Origin: Candidatus Woesearchaeota archaeon
GTDB taxonomy: Archaea > Nanobdellota > Nanobdellia > SCGC-AAA011-G17 > PNOQ01
Assembly (NCBI GenBank): GCA_964471565.1
Contig: CAYYFK010000001.1
Coordinates: forward strand, 36,692 to 100,691
Direction: 5' to 3'
DNA length: 64,000 bases
Below the pieces are notes generated by a model. The model had not been told where the DNA came from and ran no database searches. It saw only the letters and a program-made list of their open reading frames with translations. Shown piece by piece: positions 46,451 to 55,919 of the stretch. Position numbers and translations under genes: made by a program. Every line of letters starts with the position of its first letter. Positions within the stretch are counted from its first letter, which is position 1.

Positions 46451-46728
46451 ATTCCATTTAGGAAAATATTATCTACTCTTACAGAGAAATCCTTATCTTG
46501 AGAATTAAACACAATTTTTGCACACCCTTTAGTACTCCAGTCATCTCCAACAACATAATTTTTATAATCCAATCTTATAGTTGCTCCAAATATTCCATCA
46601 TAATTTTCTTCAGTAATAGAAACACTCCATGCCTCTTTTGGATCATTTTTTCCGCATGTAGACTCAAAACAATATTGATCTCTACACCTTTCTTCCCATA
46701 ATTTAACATCTAAAGTTCCTGGTGCCAT
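46447..46728 (-). CDS. Hypothetical protein
   Basis: 93-aa ORF flanked by real genes. No motif recognised. Confidence 0.3.
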   Translation of the reverse strand: MAPGTLDVKLWEERCRDQYCFESTCGKNDPKEAWSVSITEENYDGIFGATIRLDYKNYVVGDDWSTKGCAKIVFNSQDKDFSVRVDNIFLNGI

Positions 46729-46744
46729 AACAAGTCTATTATTT

Positions 46745-47086
46745 TTGTCTTTCGGGCTTAAATCAAAATTTCTATATGATTCATTAAAAAAGGAAGATTT
46801 ATTCCTAAAGAGAAAATATGATAAAGCAATTTTGTCTAAAGAGTATTATTCTGAGCAAGACGAAATAAACAAAAAAGGGAGGAAAATAAAAAATTTAGAA
46901 ACTAAATTTAATAAAGACATAATAACTTTGATTAAACACTACTTATATAAAAACGAATTAACTCCAAAAGAAATAACTAAAGAATTTGAAATTGGCCATT
47001 CAACTTTCTACAAATGGCTATATAAATATAAAATACCAACCAAAAAAATAAAAAATGGACAAACACGAAGCATTGAAAATAATTGA
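46745..47086 (+). CDS. Small helix-turn-helix protein
   Basis: [21 protein letters not shown] (HTH-like). 113 aa. Confidence 0.35.
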   Translation: MSFGLKSKFLYDSLKKEDLFLKRKYDKAILSKEYYSEQDEINKKGRKIKNLETKFNKDIITLIKHYLYKNELTPKEITKEFEIGHSTFYKWLYKYKIPTKKIKNGQTRSIENN

Positions 47087-47660
47087 AAAAGAAATACTAG
47101 AGAATAAATCCTTGCCCTTAAGAGAAAAAGCAAAAAACCTAGTTTTCGGTAAAGGCAATCCAGACGCAAAAATCATATTTGTGGGAGAGGCTGCAGGTAG
47201 ATTAGAAGATGAACAAGGAATACCGTTTGTAGGTGCCGCAGGAAAAAATCTTGACAAGTTGTTAGAAAAAGTAGGACTAACATTAGATGATGTTTATGTT
47301 TGTAATATATTAAAATATAGGCCTCCAGAAAACAGAGATCCAAATCCAGAAGAAATAAAATTGCATACCCCATACCTACTAAAACAAATAAAAGAAATAC
47401 GGCCAGAAGTAGTTTGCTCCTTAGGAAATTATGCAACAAAATTCTTTTTAGCAAAAGGAAATGTAGAAGAAATGAAAAAACAGCCAGGAATAACCCAAGT
47501 TCATGGAAAATCTAAAACAATTGAAATAAAGGGGATAAAACTAAAATTAATTCCCCTATTCCATCCTGCAGCAATCATCTACAATCAGAGATTACTTCCA
47601 GAATGGGAAAAAGATATGCAAATAGTTAAACAAGAACTATCTCAAAAAACTTTAATATAA
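47055..47660 (+). CDS. udg: Uracil-DNA glycosylase, family 4
   Basis: [39 protein letters not shown] and FHPAAIIYN. Confidence 0.85.
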   Translation: MDKHEALKIIEKEILENKSLPLREKAKNLVFGKGNPDAKIIFVGEAAGRLEDEQGIPFVGAAGKNLDKLLEKVGLTLDDVYVCNILKYRPPENRDPNPEEIKLHTPYLLKQIKEIRPEVVCSLGNYATKFFLAKGNVEEMKKQPGITQVHGKSKTIEIKGIKLKLIPLFHPAAIIYNQRLLPEWEKDMQIVKQELSQKTLI

Positions 47661-47681
47661 AAAAGAAAGAAATTAATAAAG

Positions 47682-48659
47682 TTATTGATTACTCAATATC
47701 TTTATATCTCTTTTAGTAGTTTCAGTGTATTTATATTCAACGCTTACATCTAAGCTTTGAGTATATTGTGCAGTTTGATCCACATCCATTATACATACAA
47801 GGATCTTTTCTTGCCCTTCAGCCAAAGTTAAATCTCCTTCAACTCCACTTCCGGATGGGAAATTACAAGAGATTGCCTCTGGATCAACATTGTTTATTTT
47901 AACATGCACCTTATTCTTTTCTTGTTGTGCAGCTAAAAGATCGATATCTTCACAAGAGACTACATCACTATATACATTCCCAGTTCCTTTATTTTCAAAG
48001 CCTATTTTAAAACTAACTTGACTAAGTCCTCTTAATTCCTCATTAAAGCTAGTTATCTGTACTGGTCCACTAGAAACACTCCCACTACCCAAATTAACTC
48101 CAGCATAATCACATACTTCTTCTGAATCTGAATCTTCTATTCTCTTAGAAGTAACACATGCCTCTATATCAGATTTAGTTTGATATGGATAACAAATCTT
48201 AGCAAATAACGTAGTGTCATAAAATTGCTGATTAATTGTTCCAGAATAATCTATTTCTCCCATATCAACCAAGGCCTCTCCACCAACATCAAAAATATCT
48301 TTCTCAATTGGATATAGGCTATTTGAGACTAATTTAAAATCGAAATCCAATGTACTAAATTCATTTGGTGCTACACCAAAAAGTTTAAGTTTCACAGTAT
48401 TTTCTGGAACTTCGTACTCGCCCATATTAATAACTTTAATTTTAACATCTACAACATCATCTTCGCCAAATTCAGAAGGGGGCATTCCCTCTTCAAATTT
48501 CATTTGTAAAGCATCATTTCCACCGATATATGGTCCAATTCCTCCACCAGTAGGTGTAGTTCCCTGCTCACAAGCAGCAACAAAAATCACCATCACAGCC
48601 AAAAACGCTAACATTATTTTTTTCATAATATCTCCCTCCTTTATTGATCGTCCCACCAA
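47682..48659 (-). CDS. Secreted protein with lipobox-like signal (IFVAAC-EQ)
   Basis: MKKIMLAFLAVMVIFVAACEQG. 3' end overlaps the next gene. Confidence 0.5.
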   Translation of the reverse strand: MVGRSIKEGDIMKKIMLAFLAVMVIFVAACEQGTTPTGGGIGPYIGGNDALQMKFEEGMPPSEFGEDDVVDVKIKVINMGEYEVPENTVKLKLFGVAPNEFSTLDFDFKLVSNSLYPIEKDIFDVGGEALVDMGEIDYSGTINQQFYDTTLFAKICYPYQTKSDIEACVTSKRIEDSDSEEVCDYAGVNLGSGSVSSGPVQITSFNEELRGLSQVSFKIGFENKGTGNVYSDVVSCEDIDLLAAQQEKNKVHVKINNVDPEAISCNFPSGSGVEGDLTLAEGQEKILVCIMDVDQTAQYTQSLDVSVEYKYTETTKRDIKILSNQ

Positions 48660-49555
48660 TCGGTATTGAACACAATTTTCTTAGATTTTACTGATTTATA
48701 TTTGTATCCTAAATTTATATTGAGATTATCTTTATAAATTATAGGCGATTCATCAAATTTCAAGTCAGCCGTACACTCAATTGGGTCTCCTTCTTGGAAT
48801 ACAACTCTTCCTTCTCTATCCTTACATGTAAACTCTGCTTGAGTTCCACTTAAAAAAACATGAACATCAATCAAATCAAATTGGCTATCTTTTTCCTTAA
48901 CTATCTCTCCAGTTGATGCTTTGTTTAGATATATTTTCAAATCTATTTTGCTATTTCCAGCAACTCTCCTTATATCCTTCTCAATTTTAGAAACAACCAA
49001 CGGAAATGCCTTTTGTTGTATTTCGGAATTGCCTAAACTTTCCTCTGCGTCACAATCAATATCATATTGTAAATTTGGATTATCTAAAATACATACATCA
49101 ACACTAGAAAGGCTATCAATCGAAAATTTCATCTCAGCGTATATATTTACATCTCCAACACTATCGTCAAGATCATGATAAGAATAAGTAGCCATTTCAG
49201 AAGGGAAATAAATTATTTTCTCAGAAGGAATAATTGTTCCCTTGCTTCCTTCATATGCTTCATCTACATATTCAGAAATACAGTCCTCAGTTACAGGAAC
49301 CCCCCCATAATAATCGGATCTATCTCCTTTGATGCACAAATCAAATTCTGCCCTTTCTGTCAATTCATTAAAAACTTTTAATCCTACTTGAAATTCCTCC
49401 TCTTCTGACAGATCTTCTTGAGGATAATCTTCTAGAAACTCAAAATCTAAAACCTTTGGGCCAACTCCGAGTCCCTCTTGACTAGGTTGCTCACAAGAAG
49501 AAATCACTAACAAACTAATTACTAAAAAAAATACAATTCCTCTTTTTTCAACCAT
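48641..49555 (-). CDS. Secreted protein with lipobox-like signal (VISSC-EQ)
   Basis: MVEKRGIVFFLVISLLVISSCEQP. Acidic, Cys-containing. Confidence 0.5.
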   Translation of the reverse strand: MVEKRGIVFFLVISLLVISSCEQPSQEGLGVGPKVLDFEFLEDYPQEDLSEEEEFQVGLKVFNELTERAEFDLCIKGDRSDYYGGVPVTEDCISEYVDEAYEGSKGTIIPSEKIIYFPSEMATYSYHDLDDSVGDVNIYAEMKFSIDSLSSVDVCILDNPNLQYDIDCDAEESLGNSEIQQKAFPLVVSKIEKDIRRVAGNSKIDLKIYLNKASTGEIVKEKDSQFDLIDVHVFLSGTQAEFTCKDREGRVVFQEGDPIECTADLKFDESPIIYKDNLNINLGYKYKSVKSKKIVFNTDWWDDQ

Positions 49556-49593
49556 AATTTATAAAACATAAAGGATGTTTAAAAATGTTTCTT

Positions 49594-50922
49594 TTAACCA
49601 TTAGATTCTAAAATTTCCACATTGGTAATACTTGTAATACCAAAGTTATACCATACCTCTACCTTAACAGATTCTCTAATTGGAGCAATCTCAGGAGAGA
49701 CTATAACATCAAAATAACACCCAGAACTAACTACTCTTTTTTCATCATAACATTTTTTATCCGTACATTCTTTATTCAAACTTTCATAAACCTCATTCTT
49801 AAGACCAAAAACTTCAAAATTTCCATCAATATAAGAATTACTCAAATCAAATTGACAAGCGGAGTTATCAACAAAACTTATTACTCCTTCTGGAACATGT
49901 ATTCTAAAATCTGTAACTTCTTCTAATTTAATTCTTTGGTCTGTGATTATATTAACTTCTAAATATGGATTAATTATACTTTCCAAAATAAACGGTTGGG
50001 GATAATCAATTTTTATTGGAACCGTAACTGGCCCAGGACTATATTCACTTCCAACTGGTTTTCCTTCTTCTGATTCATCTGCATCTTCCTGGTTAACAAC
50101 ATGTAAACTAATATTAGATTTACTAAAAAATCCATCAAAAGAACTTATCAATTCTACGGTTCTAGTATCTTTCCTACCTAAATATTCTACACCATCCTCA
50201 AACACACAAGAAATTGTTTGGGTTGGAAACTTCTGATTAGGCAATTTTTCAGAATAAGGGGGCAAAATTATTTCCTCAGGAAATATTTCATCTGCACTCT
50301 CTTTCCCATATCCTTGAAGTTTACAATCAAAATTAACTTCAGTACTCTGAGAACTCAAACTTCCAATATCTATTTTGGCTATAACATTAATTGGATGATT
50401 TTCCTTAAATTCATTACCAGGAGTTCCCTTGAAACTAGCAACAGTAACACCAATTCCCTCTTTTTTTAATTCATTGTCTTCAAATCCCCCAACATCTTCT
50501 AAATTAGAAAAACTAAATAAATTAGTAAAAAACCCTTTAATTCCCTCACCAGATACCTCTCTATTTTGCCATCTTTGCACAACATTTTCTTCCCACCATC
50601 CGCTTTGCCAAGCAAAGATATAAAACGTTCCAATTAAAAGCAACAAAATGAAAACTTTAGTAACTATTCCCCTACTAGAGGGGGCCTTAAATATCACAAA
50701 CAAATAAACAACTACAACCAAAAATCCAATTAACCCCCATTTACTTTGCCAATTATATGCTAAAATGGCTCCAATAATTACTCCAATTAGAAGAATAGCC
50801 CATTTAAAAATCCATATAATTGCCCTTTTCGAAAGCACATCTTCTGACAAATCTTCTGGATTTTCTCCTTCCCGTATAACTCTATTTAACAAAAATCTTG
50901 CGATTTTCTCCTTCATAATCAA
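49594..50922 (-). CDS. Polytopic membrane protein with large extracytoplasmic domain
   Basis: Three N-terminal TM helices (AIIWIFKWAILLIGVIIGAILAY; GLIGFLVVVVYLFVIF; VFILLLLIGTFYIFAW), then a 330-aa soluble domain. Confidence 0.5.
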   Translation of the reverse strand: MIMKEKIARFLLNRVIREGENPEDLSEDVLSKRAIIWIFKWAILLIGVIIGAILAYNWQSKWGLIGFLVVVVYLFVIFKAPSSRGIVTKVFILLLLIGTFYIFAWQSGWWEENVVQRWQNREVSGEGIKGFFTNLFSFSNLEDVGGFEDNELKKEGIGVTVASFKGTPGNEFKENHPINVIAKIDIGSLSSQSTEVNFDCKLQGYGKESADEIFPEEIILPPYSEKLPNQKFPTQTISCVFEDGVEYLGRKDTRTVELISSFDGFFSKSNISLHVVNQEDADESEEGKPVGSEYSPGPVTVPIKIDYPQPFILESIINPYLEVNIITDQRIKLEEVTDFRIHVPEGVISFVDNSACQFDLSNSYIDGNFEVFGLKNEVYESLNKECTDKKCYDEKRVVSSGCYFDVIVSPEIAPIRESVKVEVWYNFGITSITNVEILESNG

Positions 50923-50930
50923 ACCTCTTT

Positions 50931-52091
50931 TTATTCATAAACTATTTTTAATTCATCAATACTAAATTCGCTATCTGGCCTAACCTCTACAAAATTATTT
51001 CCTTTTCTAATAAAGTTACTAATATCAAATTGAGCAAAAGTATTTTCAGTGTTTAGATTAATTATTTCATCATTAATTATAATTTCAGCTTTTTTCCTAT
51101 CTCCAAACATTTCCAAACTAAGATAATAATCTTCTGCATCTTCATATACATCATTTCTTATATAAAACGAGTATGATGGAAAAACCCTTCCTTCAACTTC
51201 ATTTCTGATCTCTATATCACTAATTAAGTAATCTCCTCCACTAACACTAAATTTAAGTTCATTAACTCCAGATTCAAAATCTTCTTCATCTAGTTCAACA
51301 GTATATTCATCACTCATACAAGGAACTAATTTACTAAATATCAAACGGCTATTCAAATAGGCTTTCATAATGTTACTTTCCCCAGCATTGCCCTTGCAAA
51401 ATACAAAGAATTGTAATTCAGAATCTTGAATTGATCTTTTCTCAGAAGAACTAACTGAAAAATCTAGAATTTCGAAGGAGTGAACTATCTCATATTCTTT
51501 TTTTAGTTTTATATCCTTCAAATAATATTCATTGCTAGACCAGAAAACCAAACCTGAAGGACTAACTTGTAATCTAAGTTTATTTTCCTCTTCCAAATAT
51601 TCCTTTGGTAAACTAATAGTCTCTATTCTATTTTCATTAAGTTTTTGATTTAGAATTTGTTTTCCATTTAAAGTAAGAATCAAATCTCCACTAGCATCAA
51701 CTACTGCAAATCTCAAGGACAACCTATCTATGGAATCAAGGTTATTCAAACCAAATTCCAACTCTTGATCTAATTCTCCAAATAATCCATTTCTAATTTC
51801 TAAAGAATTCGATAATATTACAGTTTCTGGTTCATCATGAATAAATAAATCTACAGATTCAAGGGGATGATCAATTACATCATCATAATCCAAATCCAAA
51901 TTTCCTGGAGAAACCTTCAAGAGTACTCCTTCAGACAACTCGCCATCACATTCCTCACTACAATCATCACCCAATAGCCTACATCTTTCACAAGGGGGCA
52001 TAACAAGGGTATACAAAATAATAAGAATCGCAATTAGTATTATCAGCCCTTGTATCTTTGGGTCATTCCCTCTTTTATTCATAAAGAACAT
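50931..52091 (-). CDS. Secreted/anchored protein (KRG N-terminus, Cys-rich start)
   Basis: MFFMNKRG|NDPKIQGLIILIAILIILYTLVMPPCERC... Confidence 0.45.
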   Translation of the reverse strand: MFFMNKRGNDPKIQGLIILIAILIILYTLVMPPCERCRLLGDDCSEECDGELSEGVLLKVSPGNLDLDYDDVIDHPLESVDLFIHDEPETVILSNSLEIRNGLFGELDQELEFGLNNLDSIDRLSLRFAVVDASGDLILTLNGKQILNQKLNENRIETISLPKEYLEEENKLRLQVSPSGLVFWSSNEYYLKDIKLKKEYEIVHSFEILDFSVSSSEKRSIQDSELQFFVFCKGNAGESNIMKAYLNSRLIFSKLVPCMSDEYTVELDEEDFESGVNELKFSVSGGDYLISDIEIRNEVEGRVFPSYSFYIRNDVYEDAEDYYLSLEMFGDRKKAEIIINDEIINLNTENTFAQFDISNFIRKGNNFVEVRPDSEFSIDELKIVYE

Positions 52092-52131
52092 ACATTATTT
52101 AAAACTTAAAAATAATTTAAAAGCCTTTCTG

Positions 52132-52539
52132 TTAAACAAAGTATTTTATGTATTTCGGAAATTCTTCTTTCATCATCAAATCTACTCTATTTTCCGACTT
52201 TATCTCTTCTTTAATATCTTTACCACTTACTTCATTCTTCAAAAAAACATGACATAATTCGTGAAAAACAATTGCCTTAACAAAATTCGAATCGCTAGTT
52301 AAATTATTTATAATATCTTCATTTAAGCAAATTCTCTCTTCTTCACCATGAACAACAAGTGCTCCAACCTTTAGAGGAATTTTCATCTTAATCTCTTCCT
52401 TAATCAATGGACTCTTTTTAGCCAATCGCCAAAATTCATCCAAACTCACCATAGAAATCTGGCAAGTCACTTTATGTTTCTTAGAAAATTCATTATGGGC
52501 CTCTCCAGCCAAAGATTTTACTTCTTTTTTTGAAAACAT
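52132..52539 (-). CDS. Small HExxH zinc metallopeptidase-like protein (DUF45/YgjP/WLM-like)
   Basis: AIVFHELCHVFL; HELCH is the DUF45 signature. 135 aa. Confidence 0.45.
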   Translation of the reverse strand: MFSKKEVKSLAGEAHNEFSKKHKVTCQISMVSLDEFWRLAKKSPLIKEEIKMKIPLKVGALVVHGEEERICLNEDIINNLTSDSNFVKAIVFHELCHVFLKNEVSGKDIKEEIKSENRVDLMMKEEFPKYIKYFV

Positions 52540-52613
52540 AAATAAAAAAAGTAAATTAAATTTATAATGATTTCCATACTAAATTTTATAAATACCCTAT
52601 TCTCTCTAAAGAT

Positions 52614-53492
52614 ATGGAAATTATGATTATAGCATTGGTTTTTATCTATCTAATAATTTCTACAATTTCAGATATAAAAACTACAGAAATTCCTGATTTC
52701 TTAAATTATTCATTTATTTTTATTGGAATTTTCATTTATGGATTAAAAACGTTAGTGACTAATAATAATACTTATTTTCTATCCTCGATAATAACAGTAG
52801 GCATATTTTTTATACTTGGGGCAATTATGTACTACACTAAACAGTGGGGGGGAGCAGATTCAAAATTACTTATGGGTCTAGGGGCATTAATCCCAATATA
52901 TCCAGCGATTCTGTTAAATACTTTTTCACTTAAAACTTCAACATTTTTGGGAATAGATCTCTTTCTAAATCTATTAGTAGTTGGGGCAATTTATTCATTG
53001 CTTTTCGTTATCCACCTTATTATAAAAAACAGAAAAAAATTCAAAAAAGAATTCAAAAAAATATATCAAAAAAAGGAAGTAAAACTATTCGAAAAGATTA
53101 TGTGGATTTCAATAATCCTAATTAATGTACTTAGTTTTTTCTTATTTCAAAATAGTTTACAAAAGAATTTTGTGATTACAATCTCTTTGATTATCCTTTT
53201 ATTTAATTATTTAACAATCTCTATAAAAGCTATAGAAAACGTTTCAATGTATAAAACAATATCTACAACAAGATTGAGAGTTGGAGACTATATAACAAAA
53301 GAACTAAAAACCAACAATAAGATAATATACAAGCCAATAGTTCATGGAATAAATGAAAAACAAATGAAAGAAATAAAAAAACATTTCTCAAAAGTCGAAG
53401 TAAAGGAAGGGATAGTCTTCGCACCTGTATTTTTAGTTGCAACAACAATAACTTTATTTTTCGGAAATATACTTCTCTACTTATTACCCTAA
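52614..53492 (+). CDS. Prepilin/preflagellin peptidase (A24 family; PibD/FlaK-like)
   Basis: ISTISD(20)IKTTEIPD (D-x7-IPD) and WGGAD(82)SKLLMGLG (GxGD-K). Asp-Asp spacing of 62 matches FlaK/PibD. At least 6 TM helices. Confidence 0.8.
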   Translation: MEIMIIALVFIYLIISTISDIKTTEIPDFLNYSFIFIGIFIYGLKTLVTNNNTYFLSSIITVGIFFILGAIMYYTKQWGGADSKLLMGLGALIPIYPAILLNTFSLKTSTFLGIDLFLNLLVVGAIYSLLFVIHLIIKNRKKFKKEFKKIYQKKEVKLFEKIMWISIILINVLSFFLFQNSLQKNFVITISLIILLFNYLTISIKAIENVSMYKTISTTRLRVGDYITKELKTNNKIIYKPIVHGINEKQMKEIKKHFSKVEVKEGIVFAPVFLVATTITLFFGNILLYLLP

Positions 53493-53789
53493 TGCCCTTC
53501 TAACATCAACTATTTCAGCAGAAGCAACTTCTTCAAATTTTTCTATAGTTTCAGCCAAAGGATCTGGACTTCCAATTGATTCGTCCATTACAAAAATAAT
53601 TTTTAAAGCATTTAAACCAAACGCAACTGGTTCAATTTCAGTTTTCATATCTGAATCCTCATTAATAAATTTTTTAATTTCAGATTTTACTTTGATTTCT
53701 AAATCTTCAAGATTTATTTCAGGATTTTCTGGCATAATCTTAATAGTTAGAATAACATCGGCCATTTTAATTTGGACCCTCAAAACCAC
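53484..53789 (-). CDS. ef1b: Elongation factor 1-beta
   Basis: MADVILTIKIMPENPEINLEDL...VAFGLNALKI. Confidence 0.85.
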   Translation of the reverse strand: MVLRVQIKMADVILTIKIMPENPEINLEDLEIKVKSEIKKFINEDSDMKTEIEPVAFGLNALKIIFVMDESIGSPDPLAETIEKFEEVASAEIVDVRRALG

Positions 53790-54003
53790 AGCTAGGGCAA
53801 ATATATTTTATAACCTTTACTCTGCAAGACTTGCATCTAATTATTTCTTCTTTTCCACAATCTGGGCACTTAAAACAAACAGAAGCATCCAAACTTCCCA
53901 TTTTTGTTTTGCATGAACAACAATATTTTTCTTTTTTTGCCATAATAGAATTTTGGGAACATACTTTATTTATAAAGGTTTTGTTAGTCTCTAGGGACTT
54001 CAT
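53767..54003 (-). CDS. Zn-ribbon protein
   Basis: Four CxxC pairs in 78 aa (CCSCKTK...CFKCPDCGK...CKSCR...CPSCG). Confidence 0.55.
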   Translation of the reverse strand: MKSLETNKTFINKVCSQNSIMAKKEKYCCSCKTKMGSLDASVCFKCPDCGKEEIIRCKSCRVKVIKYICPSCGFEGPN

Positions 54004-54577
54004 GGTGTTCTAAACATCTTGCTTCATATTCTTGATCACCAACCAAAATTAAAGGACTGTTATAGTGGGCGGGTTTTCCGTCAATTAATCTTTGTGTTCT
54101 ATTTGCCCTTTTACCACATCCCTCATAGTCACATGCAGCGGGCAATTTAACAACTTTGTCGGCCATCGCCAATAAACTTGACATAGGTCCAAAAGGCTCT
54201 CCCTTAAAATCTAAATCTAGTCCAGAAACTAAAACTCCCTTTCCAATAACTTGAAAATCTCTTACTATTTTAATTAATTCATTAGAAAAAAAGTTAGCTT
54301 CATCAAATGCAAAAACATCTATATCTTTCAACACATAATCTTCTAATCCTTTCCAGGGATTTTCTGAATTTAAAATTTTAGCATCTATTTCTTCACTCAT
54401 ACCTCTACTAACAAGTTTATCTTCAGAAAAACGATTATCTATATCTGGTTTAAAGGCAATATAATTCAGATTAGTATGATCCAAACGTTTCAATTCTAAA
54501 ATTAATCTTCCTGTTTTTCCAGATTTCATCGGTCCACAAATGACTTCCAAGTATCCGGGTGTATAAATGTCTGACAT
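53984..54577 (-). CDS. tdk: Thymidine kinase
   Basis: VICGPMKSGKT (P-loop) and C-terminal CDYEGCGKRANRTQR Zn motif. Confidence 0.85.
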   Translation of the reverse strand: MSDIYTPGYLEVICGPMKSGKTGRLILELKRLDHTNLNYIAFKPDIDNRFSEDKLVSRGMSEEIDAKILNSENPWKGLEDYVLKDIDVFAFDEANFFSNELIKIVRDFQVIGKGVLVSGLDLDFKGEPFGPMSSLLAMADKVVKLPAACDYEGCGKRANRTQRLIDGKPAHYNSPLILVGDQEYEARCLEHHEVPRD

Positions 54578-54622
54578 ACAAAAAAATAGAATTAAAAAAG
54601 AAATTAAAAAGATTTGTATACT

Positions 54623-55660
54623 TTAGACATCATCTCTGATTCCCTTATCAGTTATGTAAAACATACATTCTCCATCAGCTAACGCAGGAGCATCTACTAA
54701 CTTTGCAACTCTACTTCCTTTTTTACCTCTTCTCAAATAAAGTCTAGTTGTAGAAGCGTGTGCAACTATATGCCCCCCTATAGCTTCAGTTGGATCTCCA
54801 AAGAATGTATCTGGTTTAGACATAACTTGATTTGTTACATAGACAGCAATATTATAAGTATGTGCCAACTTCAATAATATATGCATATGCTTATTCAGTT
54901 TTTGTTGTCTCTCAGATAATGTTCCCCTTCCAATAAACTCACTTCTAAAATGACTCATTAAAGAATCGACTATAACAATTTTCACAGGAACGTTTTCTTT
55001 ATTTATTAGTTCTTCAACTTTCTCTGCCAATAACATTTGGTGGTCAGAATTAAAAGCTCTAACAACCTTAATATTCCCCAGTAATTCTTCAGCATTCAAA
55101 CTGTTCTCCTCTGCTATTTGTTGTATTCTTTCAGGTCTAAATGTTCCTTCGGTATCAATCCAAACCACTGCTCCTCCAGCACCTCCTTCTTTTACAGACA
55201 TTTGAGCACTAACTGCTAGCTGATGTGCCAAAGCCGTCTTGCCACTTCCGTAGGCTCCATAACACTCAGTAATCGAACCAGATTCAAACCCTCCTCCAAC
55301 AAGTTCATTGAAAGCATTGCTCCCAGTAGTTATCTTAATCACACTTTCTCTTTTTTTGAGTAAATCCAAACCAGTCTCAAACCCCATATTCAATTTGTCT
55401 CTAGCAACTTGAATTATTTTTCTGGCAATTGCATCAGAAACTCCAGAAGCTTCCCCTAACTTGGAGGGGGATGCTACTGCAACACTCAATAAAGTGTCAT
55501 ATCCTGCATCCTGCAATTTTTCAGCCGTAGCAGGCCCAACTCCTGGCAAATCATTAATAGTAAAATTCTCTTCTACTAAATTTTCTTCTTCAACAATATT
55601 AGTTTCTTCAATATCTTTATTAGATTCCTCAATATTTTCATTTATTATCTCTTCACTCAT
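54623..55660 (-). CDS. radA: DNA repair and recombination protein RadA
   Basis: HhH LPGVGPATAEKLQDAGY, Walker A GAYGSGKT, Walker B VIVDS. Confidence 0.9.
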   Translation of the reverse strand: MSEEIINENIEESNKDIEETNIVEEENLVEENFTINDLPGVGPATAEKLQDAGYDTLLSVAVASPSKLGEASGVSDAIARKIIQVARDKLNMGFETGLDLLKKRESVIKITTGSNAFNELVGGGFESGSITECYGAYGSGKTALAHQLAVSAQMSVKEGGAGGAVVWIDTEGTFRPERIQQIAEENSLNAEELLGNIKVVRAFNSDHQMLLAEKVEELINKENVPVKIVIVDSLMSHFRSEFIGRGTLSERQQKLNKHMHILLKLAHTYNIAVYVTNQVMSKPDTFFGDPTEAIGGHIVAHASTTRLYLRRGKKGSRVAKLVDAPALADGECMFYITDKGIRDDV

Positions 55661-55919
55661 CTTCTTCTGCCTCCCATTCTGATTGTTGCATTAACAACTC
55701 TTCCTGTGCTTTCTGCAAAACAAGTATGGCTTTGATTAAATCCTGTCGTCTTAAGTTTAAGGACTCAGATCTCCATATATCTTCTCCTTTTTTCTTATAA
55801 CTCCTAGTTAAAGAAACCGTCTTAAATTCTACCTTATTTTCATTAAATGTCTTTTCATTACTCCATATTGCAGCCTCTATGGCTCCAGATTTATATTTAT
55901 TTATTGGTTTATTTACCAT
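55653..55919 (-). CDS. Small PC4/Sub1-like putative ssDNA-binding protein
   Basis: 88 aa. KKGEDIWRSESLNLRRQDLIKAILVLQKA resembles the PC4 C-terminus (RKGISLNPEQWSQLKEQI). Overlaps the radA start by 8 nt. Confidence 0.3.
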   Translation of the reverse strand: MVNKPINKYKSGAIEAAIWSNEKTFNENKVEFKTVSLTRSYKKKGEDIWRSESLNLRRQDLIKAILVLQKAQEELLMQQSEWEAEEDE

